Part shown: in pieces, positions 49,949 through 61,886 of the stretch
Layout of the letters: every line of letters begins with the position of its first letter
Numbering within the stretch: the stretch's first letter is position 1
Assembly (NCBI GenBank): GCA_963798085.1
Contig: CAWCRS010000001.1
Span: 160,001-224,000 of the forward strand
Direction: 5' to 3'
From: an uncultured Gemmatimonadales bacterium
Lineage (GTDB): Bacteria > Gemmatimonadota > Gemmatimonadetes > Longimicrobiales > RSA9
Length of the DNA: 64,000 bases
Notes under the pieces: generated by a model
Databases searched by the model: none
The model's input: the letters and a program-made list of their open reading frames with translations, nothing else
Told to the model about the DNA's origin: nothing
Position numbers and translations under genes: made by a program

Positions 49949-52684
49949 CTACTTGTTTGCGTCCAGCACTGCCTTGCGATCCAGCCAGCTCTGTCCGTCC
50001 GTGATCCACTTCGGTGCGGGCTCGCCCTTGAGATAGTGCGCGAACCACTGGAGGATGCGATGCTCGTAGTCGAGCGCATTCTCCCGCTTGCCCAGCCCAT
50101 GGCCCTCGCCCGGGTAAAGCAGCATAACCGCCTGTTTGCCCGCGCGGCGGGCATAGTTCCAGAACTCGACGCCCTGGTGCGGGTCCACGGTGCCGTCGTC
50201 GCCGCCGATCTCCATGAGGATGCTCTGCGCGGGCATCGCGTTCACCTTCTCGATCGGGTTGTTGCGCGACATTGCCGCCCAGTCGTCCCACGGCGGCACC
50301 TCCATGCGGAACTGGCCGGTCTCCCAGTGATCGAACTCGGGCACGGAACTCCAGTGCATCTGCCCGGCGAAGCTGATCATGTCGGTGATGCCGGCGCCGG
50401 CGACCGCGGTCTTGATGTACTTGTCGTGCGTGGCAAGGAAGTACGCCTCATAGCCACCCTGCGAGTGGCCGCAGTGGCCGATGTTCGCGGGATCGACCAG
50501 CCCGCGGTCGAGCACCGACTTGATCGCGCCGTCCACCGCGGCCTGCGTGTCCAGACCGAACTGGCGCGGCCGGAACACGATGTCCGGCATCAGCACGAAG
50601 TAGCCGTTCTGCGTGAAGACGTTGGCGTTGTAGTAGTCCGTTTCGCGCGGCACGATGTAGCGGTGCAGCCCCTGCGAGAGCAGCTCGTACGTGTACACGA
50701 TCATCGGGTACTTCTTGTTCGCGTCGTAATTCGCGGGATAGTAGAGGATCCCCTGCAGCTGCTTTCCCAGCGTGCTCCGGTAGTTGATCAGCTCGGCCCG
50801 GCCCCAGGCGTAGTTCTTCTGGAACGGGTTCGTCTCCGTCATCTGTTGCGCTTCCGCCAGCGTCGCGTCGCCCACGAACACGTCCGGCGAATCCTCGAAC
50901 GTCTGGCGTACGAACGCGTAGCGCTCGGCGCTGTCGGCCTTCGCGAGTGCGTTCACCTGCGCGTCCTCGAACACCACGCGCTTCACCTGGCCGTTCGGCA
51001 GCAGCTGCGCGTACCCGCTCTGCTTCGTCTTCTTGCCGTACAGCGAGAGCCAGACCGGCTGCGAACGATCGACGACGCGGTCCCTTGCGGAACCGCCGAA
51101 GCCGAAGGGGTCGAAGCGCCCGCCGAGCAGGACGATGCGATACTGCACGCCTTCCTTTGCACCGTCGGTGAGTCGCGTGCCGCCCGAGCCATCCGGCGCG
51201 AGTGCCCACACGTCGTATTCGGTCGTCACAAACATCGTGTTGCCATCCTTGCTCCACGTCGGCGCACCCCACGGACCGAGCACGTCGCTCGGATGGTCGT
51301 CGTCCCGGTCCACGAAGTCGGCGTGCTGTGACGTGCGCACCTTCTCCGTGACGTTAACCCTGGCGCCGGTCGCAATGTTCACCAGCCAGAAGTCCTTGCC
51401 GTCGAACCACGACACGCGCTGGCCGGTGGGATCGGCGTCATACAGGAAGCGGATCTTCTCGAGCAGCTTCTTCCGCACGCCCGTGCCGATGTCGACTGTG
51501 TAGAGGTCCTCATCGCGGCGGCCGAACTTCTGGCCCCAGGCGTACGGTTTGCGATCGGTCTCCGTGAGGTACCGGTCACCATCCAGCACCGTCGCAGACT
51601 CCTGATCATCGCTGCCGAGCTGCAGGACGCTGCCGTCCGCGTGCCAGGCGGCGACCAGCGTCGCGCGCAGGTCGCGCTGCTCCGACGAGCGCTGCTGCGG
51701 GATCGCCCGCACATCATTGACGTGCCAGATCTCGACGTCGGAGACCTTCTCCTCGCTCTTCTTCACAGCGTTGGCGGTGTCGTGGCGCTCCTGAAGGCCG
51801 AAGTAGATCGTGCGGCCGTCGTCCGACCACGCGGGCCGGCGGTACTCGGCAATGCGCATCTTCGCGGGGAAGCCGGGAGCGGTCGCCGGGTCGAGCGTGC
51901 GCGGCGGGGCGCCCGTCGCGGGCGAGTCCCACGTCAGGATCACGTGCGCCGTGTCGCTGAACTCCTTCGAGACGCTCGTGCGCAGCACGGCGAGCGCGTC
52001 CGACTTCTCGCGAAACGCAAGCGCGCGATACAGCGATGGCGACGACTCCAGCACGCGCACGGCCCCGGTGGCGCCATCGTAGAGTTGCACGGCATTCCCG
52101 CCGTCCACCGTGATGGCGAGGGCGAGATGCGGCTTCGCCTCGCTCCACACCTGCTCGGACACGTTGGCGAACGCGACGCGCGTCCCTCTGGAGAGGTCGA
52201 GCACGAGCACATCGTTCACGCGCTTGCCTTCGGCCGCGTAGCGCGTCAGCGAGACGAACCCGCCGGCCGGCGCGAACGCGAACCCGCTCACATCGGGAAG
52301 CGCGATCGTGTCGCCCGTCGCGAGGTTGCGCGCGACGAATGTCGTGTGCACCGGCTTCTTCTCCTTCGTGAGCCGTTCGCGCTCCTTCGTCGACACGCCG
52401 ACGAGACAGGCAAACCACCGCGAGTCGTTCGAGAACGACGCCGACTGGCCGAAGGGGATGGTAACCTGCGCGTCATGCGCGCCACCGCGCAGGTGAAGGC
52501 TGCCGTCCTGGTCGCCGCGGGTGATGGACCAGCTGAGCCACGCGCCGTCCGGCGAAAGTCGGTTCTGACCGAGTGTTTCCCACTGGGCCAGGTCTTTCTG
52601 CGTGAGCAGGGGTTGGTTCTGCGCACGCGCCGAAGTGGCGAGGGCGAGGACGAGGAGCACGGAGCGAAAGAGGATGCGTGCCAT
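49949..52684 (-). CDS. S9 prolyl oligopeptidase-family serine peptidase, exported
   Basis: Signal ARA-Q; beta-propeller region; GHSQGGY; DGTVD; YPGEGHG triad. Confidence 0.92.
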   Translation of the reverse strand: MARILFRSVLLVLALATSARAQNQPLLTQKDLAQWETLGQNRLSPDGAWLSWSITRGDQDGSLHLRGGAHDAQVTIPFGQSASFSNDSRWFACLVGVSTKERERLTKEKKPVHTTFVARNLATGDTIALPDVSGFAFAPAGGFVSLTRYAAEGKRVNDVLVLDLSRGTRVAFANVSEQVWSEAKPHLALAITVDGGNAVQLYDGATGAVRVLESSPSLYRALAFREKSDALAVLRTSVSKEFSDTAHVILTWDSPATGAPPRTLDPATAPGFPAKMRIAEYRRPAWSDDGRTIYFGLQERHDTANAVKKSEEKVSDVEIWHVNDVRAIPQQRSSEQRDLRATLVAAWHADGSVLQLGSDDQESATVLDGDRYLTETDRKPYAWGQKFGRRDEDLYTVDIGTGVRKKLLEKIRFLYDADPTGQRVSWFDGKDFWLVNIATGARVNVTEKVRTSQHADFVDRDDDHPSDVLGPWGAPTWSKDGNTMFVTTEYDVWALAPDGSGGTRLTDGAKEGVQYRIVLLGGRFDPFGFGGSARDRVVDRSQPVWLSLYGKKTKQSGYAQLLPNGQVKRVVFEDAQVNALAKADSAERYAFVRQTFEDSPDVFVGDATLAEAQQMTETNPFQKNYAWGRAELINYRSTLGKQLQGILYYPANYDANKKYPMIVYTYELLSQGLHRYIVPRETDYYNANVFTQNGYFVLMPDIVFRPRQFGLDTQAAVDGAIKSVLDRGLVDPANIGHCGHSQGGYEAYFLATHDKYIKTAVAGAGITDMISFAGQMHWSSVPEFDHWETGQFRMEVPPWDDWAAMSRNNPIEKVNAMPAQSILMEIGGDDGTVDPHQGVEFWNYARRAGKQAVMLLYPGEGHGLGKRENALDYEHRILQWFAHYLKGEPAPKWITDGQSWLDRKAVLDANK

Positions 52685-52948
52685 CGGAGTGTGCGGTGAG
52701 GGTTGCGGTCGGTTCCGCCATGGAGTGCCGATTCGGCGGGTAGCTTACGAGCCGGGAGGACTGCACCGCAAACTCCCGGCGTGTCGTTGGCCGCCACGCG
52801 TCCGCGTCGCGTGGGCACGCCACACGGCGCTGGACTCGCCCTTCGTCCCGCACCTCGCGCCATGGCGCGGGGCCGCACGCACATTCGGTCGTTCGAGGCG
52901 AAGCCATCGGGTGACACTGTCCGTCCAACGGGATGCACACTACCAGGA

Positions 52949-54686
52949 ATGGTCCAGCGCCCTGCCGCGCGCGCTCGCCGCGTTGCTCGCGGCGCTCGCG
53001 GCGGGCGGTCTACGGCCGCTGTCCAGCCAGGCCAGCGCGCAGGCGACGGCCATGGCCGGGCGCCCCATCCCCACCGGCGTCGAAACGCACCTCGCGGAGT
53101 GGCTGAGCCGTGCAGAGCCGTTCGGCATCACGGGCGCGGTGGCGGTGCTGCGCGACACAGTCCTCACGCTCGCGGAAGGCTTCGGTCCACTGAACCCGGA
53201 TGGCGGACACATCGGACCCGACACGCCGTTCCTGCTCGCGTCGCTGTCGAAGCAGTTCACCGCGACCGCGATTCTCCAGTCGGCGGCAGCGGGCCACCTG
53301 CGACTCACGGACTCGATCGCGCAGTACTTCCCCGACACGCGCGGCCCCGTTCGCCACGCGACGATCGCGCAACTGCTCTCGCACACGAGCGGGATGGTCT
53401 ACATCGAGCCGGGGATGTTCGACCCGGCGCCGAACCGGCCCGCGTTGATGCGGGAATTGCTCGCGCTCCCGCTCGATTTCGAACCGGGGGCGCGCTACAG
53501 CTACTCCAGTCCAGGTTACGCGGTGCTCGCCGGCATCCTCGAGATCGCCGAGCACAAACGGTTCGAGGATGTCCTGACCGAACGCATCTTTCGTCCCGCC
53601 GGCATGACGCACACGACGTTCATGGGACGCCCGGTGAGCGGCGCGCCGAATGGCGTGCAGATGGGCGAGGACCAGGGTCCCATGAGCGACATTCCCGGTG
53701 TGGATCGCGCGGTCGGGAACGGGTCGGTCATCAGCACGGCGCGCGATCTCGCGCGCTGGGAAGTCGCGCTCCGCCGGCATACCGTGCTCGATGAGCGCTG
53801 GACACGCGAGCTGTTCACGCCGCGCACCCCCGCAGGCGCCGGACAGTACGCGTTCGGCTGGAACATCACGCCCACACCGCGCGGCACCACGCTCATCTAC
53901 CACGCGGGCGACCTGGGCCCGTTCAACGCGGAATTCCGCCGCTACGTGGACGACAGATTCACGCTGATCTGGCTCTCGAACGCGCGCCTCGCCAGCAGTG
54001 GAACGCGGGCCGTCGTGACGGCGGTGGCCGCAGGGTTCATCAACGGTACGCCGGTGACAATGCCCCCGCTGGTTGCTCCGCGAGACACGAATGCGGAGCG
54101 GAGCGTCAGCGGCCGCTACGTGCTGCCGCATGGCGACACGCTGGTCGTCACGCGAACGGCGGGCGGTGTTGCGATTGCCGCAGCCGGCGCCGAGGCCGTC
54201 GCCGCGCTTGGCGGCGGCGAGGATGCAGGCGGAATCGCGAGCCGCGTCGCCAGCGCACTCGAGGCGCTGCAGCACGGCAACGACTCGGCTTTCGCGGGCA
54301 TTCTCCATCCGGCGGTCGGCGCGTCGGGGGTTGCGGGGCGTGTGCGCCAGCTGCTGTCGAGTCTCGCCGATTCAATCGGCTCGCCGGTGCGGCTTGCCGC
54401 GGTGGGATTCGTCCCGACCGGGCCGGGCGCGGGCACCGCGTGGGTGCGGGCGCGCGGCCCGCTTGCATCGCTGATGCTGAGTTTCGGCGCGACCGGGGGA
54501 CGCCTCATCGCGTTCCCGAATCCGACGCCGTACGCCGCCGAGCAACGGCTGCGCAGCGCACCGGGCGGCGGCTTCGTCGCGTTCGATCCGCTGTCGCTGC
54601 GCGTGACGAGCGTTGCGCGCTCCGGGGATCACATCGACGTCGCCTTCGGCGGCGCCGCGCCCGTGCGCGCGGTGCGCGTTTCCTGA
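52949..54686 (+). CDS. Serine hydrolase, beta-lactamase/AmpC family (start uncertain)
   Basis: FLLASLSK (SxxK); LLSHTSG; FEPGARYSYSSPGY; YHAG; signal-like ASA-Q. Confidence 0.85.
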
Positions 54687-54790
54687 ACACTCCCCGCACC
54701 CGCCTCGTGACGGCGGCTGCGGGCGGGCCACGCGCCAACCCTGAAAGACGGCCGCCCATCGATGCGATGGTGGCCTGCACCGGAGCTTGA

Positions 54791-57200
54791 ATGCGTCAAC
54801 TCGAATGGCTGGTTCAGCTGCGCGCCGACGTGACGTTCGCGCTGCGCAGCCTGCTCAAGGCGCCGGGCTTCGCGGCCGCGGCGATACTGACGCTCGCGCT
54901 CGGCGCGGGCGCCACCACCGCGATCTACAGCGTCGCGCGCGCGGTCGCGCTCCGGCCGTTCCCCATCACGCACGCCGAGCGCGTCGTGCGCATGTACGAG
55001 ACGAATCCGTCCACCAACGCGTTCGCGACATCGGAGCTCAACTATCTCGACTATCGCGATCAGACGACGAGTTTCAGCGCGTTCGCGGCGTGGATCCCGC
55101 GCAGCTTCAGCCTGCTCGGTCACGGCGACCCCGTGCAGCTGAACGGATCGGCCGTGACGGCCAACTACTTCACGGTGATGGATGTGAAGCCGGTTTCCGG
55201 GTCGCTCTACGGGCCCGACCAGGATCGGCCTGGCGGTGATACCCACGTCGTGGTGCTGAGCGAGGGCGCCTGGAAGCGCGTGTTCGGCGCGGATCCCGCG
55301 ATCGTGGGCAAGTCGCTGGACTTCGATGGTGTCGGCTACCTCGTGCTGGGCGTGATCCCCAATGAAGACTCGTACCTGCCGAGCGATTTCTGGGTGCCGC
55401 TCGCGCCCAACCCGCAGGGCGTGCGCAACGTGCACAACCTGCGCGGCCTCGCGCGCCTCAGGCCGGGCGTCACGCTGGCGCAGGCGAACGCGGATATCGG
55501 CGCGGTCGCGGCCCGGCTCGCGAAACAGTATCCCACCACGAACGGCGACTGGGGCGCGCGCGTCGGGCCCTTCGAGCTGTGGATCCTCGGACCGAACGCG
55601 CGGCCGCGCATGCTGAAGCCTCATCGGCGCATCCGTGTTCGTCCTCCTCCTCGCCTGCGTGAACGTGGGTAATCTTCTGTTAGTGCGCGGCACGGCCCGC
55701 CAGCGCGAGCTGTCGGTGCGCGCCGCGCTGGGCGCCGGACGCGCGCGCATCCTGCGGCAGCTGATCACGGAGAGCGCCACACTCTCGCTGATCGGGTCGC
55801 TCGCAGGCCTTGCCATGCCGCAAGCGTGCTGCCGCTGCTGCGCAGCGTGAGTCCCGGCAATATTCCGCGACTCAACGAAGCGGACATCGACGGCAGCGTG
55901 CTGCTGGTCGCGCTCGGCGCCACGGTGCTCGCCACGCTCGCGTTCGGCATCCTGCCCGCGCTGATCGCGACACGCATGAATCTGCAGTCCGCCCTGCGCC
56001 AGGGCGGGCGCTCCGTTTCCGCCAGCGGTCGCGGAATGCGGCGAGGTCTGGTGGTGGCCGAGGTCGCACTGGCCGTGCTGCTGCTGATCGGTGCGGGATT
56101 GTTCGGCAGGAGCTTCACCAACCTCAGCGTCGTGTCGACCGGTTTTCGCTCTGACGCGGTCCTGCAGCTCACCATGCCCGCGCCCGTCGGCCTGCCGCGC
56201 GATCAGCGACTCGCGTTCTTCGAGAGCGTCGACGCCGCCGTGGCGGCGGTGCCGGGGATCGTCAGCGTGGGCGCAACCAACATCGTGCCCTTCGCGGGCG
56301 GCAACTCCAACACGCAGTTCATCGCGGAAGGCCATGACGCGCCCGGCGAATTCTTCGCCGCGAACTGGCGCACGGTCACGCCAGGGTTCTTCCCCACGCT
56401 CGGCATTCCGCTGAAGAACGGCCGGCTGTTCACCGCGGACGACCGCTCGGACCACGGCCGAGTGGCGCTGATCGACGAGACCATGGCGCAGAAGCTCTGG
56501 CCGAACGGCGATGCCATCGGCAAGCACATGGTCGCGGCCACCAGCAAGCGCGCCCCCGAAGACCGCATCGAGATCGTCGGCGTGGTGGGTAGCGTGCGCG
56601 ATCTCATCCCCGCAAACGATCCCGCGCCCACCGTCTACATCCCGATGGCGCAGAGTCCGTGGCCGTTCATGACGTATCTGGCGAAGGTGCGCGCGGACCC
56701 GCAGGGCGTGAGCGACGGAATCAAGCGCGCCATGCGCGCCGCTGCACCCAACACACCCGTGCCCACGGTCACGCGGCTCGCCGTGAACCTCGAGAACGCG
56801 ATCGCACCGCAGCGGTTCACCGCATGGCTGCTCGTGGTGTTCGCCGTGATGGCGATGACGCTCGCGGCGGTCGGGATCTACGGCGTGATCTCGTACGGCG
56901 TGGCACAGCGCACGCCGGAAATGGGCATCGCCTCGCGCTCGGCGCGGAACCTCGCCGCGTTGCTAAAATGGTGTTATACGACGGCTGCACACCTGCCGTG
57001 ATCGGCGTGGTCCTGGGATCACTGCTCGCGTGGTGCTCTCGCGACTGCTCACTTCGCTCCTCTTCGGCACATCCGGAACAGACCCGCTAACCTACACCGT
57101 GGTGGCAGCGGTGCTGCTCGTCGTATCGGCCGCGGCAAGCTATGTGCCTGCCAGGCGGGCGGCGCGGCTGGATCCGCTGGCGGCGCTCAGAACGGACTGA
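54791..57200 (+). CDS. ADOP duplicated ABC permease (several frameshifts)
   Basis: [72 protein letters not shown]. Confidence 0.9.
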
Positions 57201-57408
57201 TGAGAACACAGGACAGATGCGCTGGTAGTCGGTCATGGCGGTCGGTGCACAATCAAGCCTGCGACTCAGACGATCAGAAAGAGGCAGCTTGCCGCGCCCC
57301 AGGCAAGCGAATCAGTCGATCTGCGTCGATCCGGAGTCGGCCGGTTCTGCTTCAACCGGGTGACCTGGCGAGCGACAGACCAATGCATGTCGTTTGACAA
57401 TAAACTCT

Positions 57409-59095
57409 TCAGAAACCGATGCTACTACCGCGACACTCAATCGGAATGTGCAACAACGCTGTGCTTATCGCTCCCCCCGAGGCCCGCTGGACACCGCCTG
57501 CGACGAGCACGCCGTTGGAAACAGGCGCAACCGCGATTCGGGAAATGTATCGCACAGGGAGCACGGCCACGGTTCGGATACTGTCGTCAACGAGTTGCAC
57601 AATTCTGATCTGGCGTCTGCCTGACACGCGATTCACGTGATCAATAACCCATAGTTGATCTGGGCCTATGCGGATCGGATGGACGGCTGCGTTGGCTGTG
57701 ACACTAGAATCAAGCCGCAGCACGGGCATTCGGCATTTGCTCGGCCCTTCACGACTGCGCGGGCCTCGCGGCGTTGACCGCCCTCGTCCGCGGTCCGTGC
57801 GGTCCAGCTGATTACGAACCCAGGGGCGCGATCGGTCACGATTGGCTCAAGGACCTCACCATCACTGCTTGACGCGATCTTTGCTTGAATCTGCCACGTT
57901 GGTTTGTCGGTCCAGGCGAACAAAGAATTGCCATCTTCCGGAAGCGAATGATCTGGGTGTACCGCGAAGAGCTCGAGGCAGGTCCAGGCGTTCACCGATC
58001 TCCTTGTTCTCGAGGCCTTCGGCAGCCATGAGCACAATCTTCGCTCGAACGACTTCGCGATACGGTAACGTATACTGGCGGCTCCGCGTCTGCAGGCAAT
58101 CTGCCGCTAACCTTCGGAGTCAGCCTGATGCGGTATGGGCTCTCTCTGGGCATAGTCTCCTCCGGTTGGAGAACAATTTGCCACGAGAGGGCTTCGAAGG
58201 CCACAACAATACCTGATCTTATTTATGTCCGGGTGGACTAGCGCGCGGGGATGGCGCACCCTGATTGCCAGATCCTTGGGCACGGACTGGGCGAGAACCC
58301 ACTCGTTCATAGACTCTTGAACATGCCCCGAATTCCGCCGGGCAACTTTCGGCGTCAAGCATTCCACAGAAACAATCCCTTGGCCGTGCGATCCTCTCCC
58401 GGCCCGTACACGCGATTCTGGAGGCTCGCGACAAGGCACCTTCCGCGGGCGGCCGCGCCGTGCGCGGTCTCCTCGCCTTCGCTCGGACCCAGGCAGCAAA
58501 CGGATCCATCATATCAACAACAGCAGAACGGATTGCCATGCGCCGGCAGCAGGCAACCCAGACACTCAACCGTCCACGGAATCGGGACAGGTCCATTACT
58601 CAAGCCGCTTGCCGATTGGCTTGGCACGCTCAGCTCGCGCCCGAGCGTCGCAGTTTGCGTAACGGGCGGTCTTCTTTCGCTGTTTGCAGCAGGAGAGGTG
58701 AGTTGGGGCATGTGACCTCCGGGGGTGAGAGTCAGCTGCACCTGGAAATCTTGGTGTTCCTTCTGAGGTTGCGGATCGGAATCGATCGAGGACAGCCTCG
58801 CTTTGCTCCGTCCGTCCGCGCCGTGTAATGTTTCGACAGCCTACGTCGATGCCTGGGGGAGCGCGATTGCCAAGCCAGCCCAACCGACACGCAACACCAA
58901 CCGCGCCGTCGGAAGCGGTCGGTCAGCCCTGCTTCGGAGTTGTTCGTGGGCCCGTGCTACAAGCGCGAAGGAACGCCTTTGGGGAGGGAAGGCTGTACCC
59001 CGCTCAACAAGCCACATAGATACGCTTGGAACGTTGCCGTCAATATTCCGCTCGCTTTGTGGCGGAATCTGATCGCGTACAGATGTCGCACACAC
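57409..59095 (-). pseudogene. Decayed lower-GC coding region of unknown function, interrupted by an IS remnant
   Basis: Short protein-like minus-strand fragments (57409-57729, 57720-57975, 58514-59095); composition visibly more AT-rich than flanks. Confidence 0.3.
57965..58240 (-). mobile_element. Truncated IS630-family element (left end and N-terminal HTH of the transposase)
   Basis: Minus strand begins TAGTCCACCCGGACATAAAT; GGAG RBS and ATG at 58153: MPRESPYRIRLT, frameshift, SRQYTLPYREVVRAKIVLMAAEGLENKEIGERLD; no DDE domain. Confidence 0.68.
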
Positions 59096-59122
59096 GTGGC
59101 CGCGCTACCACTAACAGCAGCG

Positions 59123-60711
59123 TCAGTGAGGCCGGTCCTCTGAAGTCGCCTTCGGTGGCGTCACGTTGCGCGTCGACTCGATGAACCTGGCCAGGTCCTG
59201 TTTCAGCGCCTTGTGTGCGGAGGGCCGGATGTAGATCATATGGCCGGCCTCGTAGTAGCCGAACGACACGCGATCCGTGATCTGTTTGTCGTAGGCGAGG
59301 TGCGTGAAGTTGAACTCGGCGCCGCCCATGATCGTCGCCATGTCGTAGTAGCCGATGGCGACGAACACCTTCAGGAACGGATTGCGCGCCATCGCTCCGC
59401 GCAGCGCCTCCGTCATGTCCATGTAGCTGTTCTGCGTCGTACGTCCACGGCCGCACGTTGCCGGACGTCGGGTAGTGCAGGTCGGTCTTCCAGCCCAGCT
59501 CGTTGCGCACGTAATCCTGGAAGAGCGCCGTGTACGGTCCCTGCAGTCGCCTGGTTCGACGGATCGAATTCCTGGCGCTCGCCGGCGGCATCGAGGTCCA
59601 GCGCCGTGAATCGTCCGTCGAGCCGGCCGATCATCAGGCGCTGATCACGCAGCAGCTCTTTCCGGAACCGGCCGGCGCTCACCCGCAGGTTGGCGCTCCA
59701 GAATGAACTGCGGCGAGATGCCGGTGAGCCGCGCGAGCTTGTTGCGCGATCGCGGTCTTCTCGGCGTCGCGTGAGCGTGTTGCCCTTCGTCAGTGCGGTC
59801 ATGTACTCGCCCCAGCGCGAAGGACCTCGCCTGGTCCACGACCTGCTTCAGCGGTCAGTGATTGCAGGTCTGCCGGAGCCAGCTTCTTGTGGTACCACGC
59901 GTCGGCCGTGAACGTCTCGATGTTGCGACGCCCACGCGACATCGTTGTCGCGGTGCCGGTGAGAGCGTCTGGTAGGTCAGCAGCGACGAGATCAGGACGA
60001 TGCCGTTCAGCTCGATGCCGTGTCGCTGCTGCAGCTCGGCGGACAGGCCTGCGGAGCGGATCGTGCCATAGCTCTCGCCGATCAGGTACTTGGGTGACTC
60101 CAGCGGTTGTAGGTGGTCAGCCAGCCGTTGATGAACTCGCCGAACGCGCGGATGTCTGTCGTCTGCCCGTGGAACTCGCCCGGAGTTCACGCCGTGCGCG
60201 GTCCGGCTGTAGCCGGTCGATACCGCATCGACGAAGACGAGATCGGTGGCATCGATCAGCGAGTACTCGTTGTCTTCGAGGTGGAACGGTGGCGCCGGCT
60301 GGAATCCATCGTCCGCCATGCGCACGTGCTTCGGCGCGAACGAGCCCATGTGCAGCCAGATGGTCGCGGCGCCGGGCCCGCCGTTGTAGAGGAACGAGAT
60401 CGGGCGCGTACTGCGGTCCTCTCCATCCTTCGTGTACGCCACGAAGAACATGCGTGCCGCGATCTCGTTGTTATCGAGGCGGATCGGAATCGTGCCGACC
60501 GTGGCGGTGTAGCGGATTTCCTTGCCATCAAGGCGAACGGTGTGCGACGTCGTCGAGCCACATTCTCTTCGGCCGGCCCGAAGTACTCGACGCGCGCGGC
60601 AGACGGCGCGGCCTGCGCCTGATTGCCACGGCCCTGCGCAGCAGTCGTCGAGAACACGGCGCCCGTCAGCAAGGCGCCGATCAGAAGGGAACGTCGCATC
60701 GCGTGCTCCAT
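59123..60711 (-). CDS. S10-family serine carboxypeptidase (many frameshifts)
   Basis: RPISFLYNGGPG; DLVFVDAVSTGYS; GESYGTIR; GRLDGRF; GYYDMAT; YYEAGHMIY. Confidence 0.88.
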
Positions 60712-60800
60712 GAGATCGCCTCGTGTGTGTTGTCGCTCCATTGAGAATTTGCAGTATGGCGGGCACGAGGGTCGCGGGCAACGCGAAGCCACCACGAGGC

Positions 60801-60840
60801 TTGACAGGTTGCCGCCGTTTATCCATCCTTATATGCGGAT
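60801..60840 (+). promoter_or_regulatory. Sigma70-type promoter with overlapping palindromic operator
   Basis: TTGACA (60801-60806), 17 bp, CATCCT (60824-60829); near-palindrome ATCCTTATATGCGGAT (60825-60840). Confidence 0.55.
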
Positions 60841-61807
60841 ATGCGGATGACTACCCCGAGAATGATCATCGCCGGGCACGATGTCTTCGACCGGCTGCAG
60901 ACCCTGTCCGACGAGACCCGGTCACGGCTGCTGCTTCTCCTTGAGGAGCACGAGTTTACGGTCTCCGAGCTGTGCGCCGTGGTGCAGCTGCCCCAGTCGA
61001 CCGTGAGCCGGCACCTCAAGGTGCTGGCCGATGCGGGCTGGGTGCGTTCCCGCGCGGAAGGTCCGAGCCGACACTATCGGATGGCTTTGCTGGACCAGCC
61101 GGCGGCGGAGCTATGGCAGGTGGTGCGCCAGGGCGCGGCTGCTTCGAAGCAGGTGGCCGCGGACCGGGAGCGGGCGAGGACGGTGCGGGGCGCGAGGCGG
61201 GCGCGCTCCCGCGAGTTCTTTTCCGCCGCAGCGGCGGACTGGGATCGTCTGCGCACCGAATTGTTCGGTGAAGGAGCGGAGCGTCTGCCGCTCTTCGGTC
61301 TGCTCGATCCCGGGTGGACGGTCGCGGACCTGGGTGCCGGCACGGGTGCGCTGACAGAACTGTTAGCGTCATTCGTGCAGCGCGTGATCGCGGTGGACAG
61401 CTCGACCGAGATGCTGGATGCGTTGCGGCGCCGGCTCGACCGGGTGACGAATGTCGAGACGCAGGCGGGCGAGCTGGAATCGCTGCCCATCCGCAGCGGC
61501 TCCGTCAATGTCGCGTTCATGGTACTGGTGCTGCACTACGTGGTGGAGCCGGCGGACGTCCTGGCGGAAGCGGCCCGCGTGCTGCGGCCCGGCGGTCGCC
61601 TGATCCTGGTGGACATGCGCGAGCACGAGCGCGAGGAGTACCGCGACACCATGGGGCATGTCTGGACCGGGTTCAGTGAGGAGCAGAATGCGCGCGTGGG
61701 CGGCGCGCGCCGGCTTCGCCGCGGTGACGCTGCGGCCGGTACCGCCGGGGGTCGAGGCGAGGGGCCCGCTTCTGTTCGTGGCCACCATGATGAAGGCGAC
61801 GACGTGA
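60841..61807 (+). CDS. ArsR-family HTH fused to SAM-methyltransferase domain (SahR-like regulator); frameshift near 61687
   Basis: [44 protein letters not shown]; corrected frame ends [14 protein letters not shown]; upstream of ahcY. Confidence 0.88.
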
Positions 61808-61886
61808 GTACGGTTGCCGTCGTGGATCTGACATTCTGTTAGTAGTGGTTGCGGAAGACACATCTCACACGAAGAGGACGGGACGA

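Noticed and set aside
61808..61886. SAH or SAM riboswitch before ahcY
   Set aside because: Spacer is under 80 nt with no recognisable aptamer; a protein regulator upstream explains control
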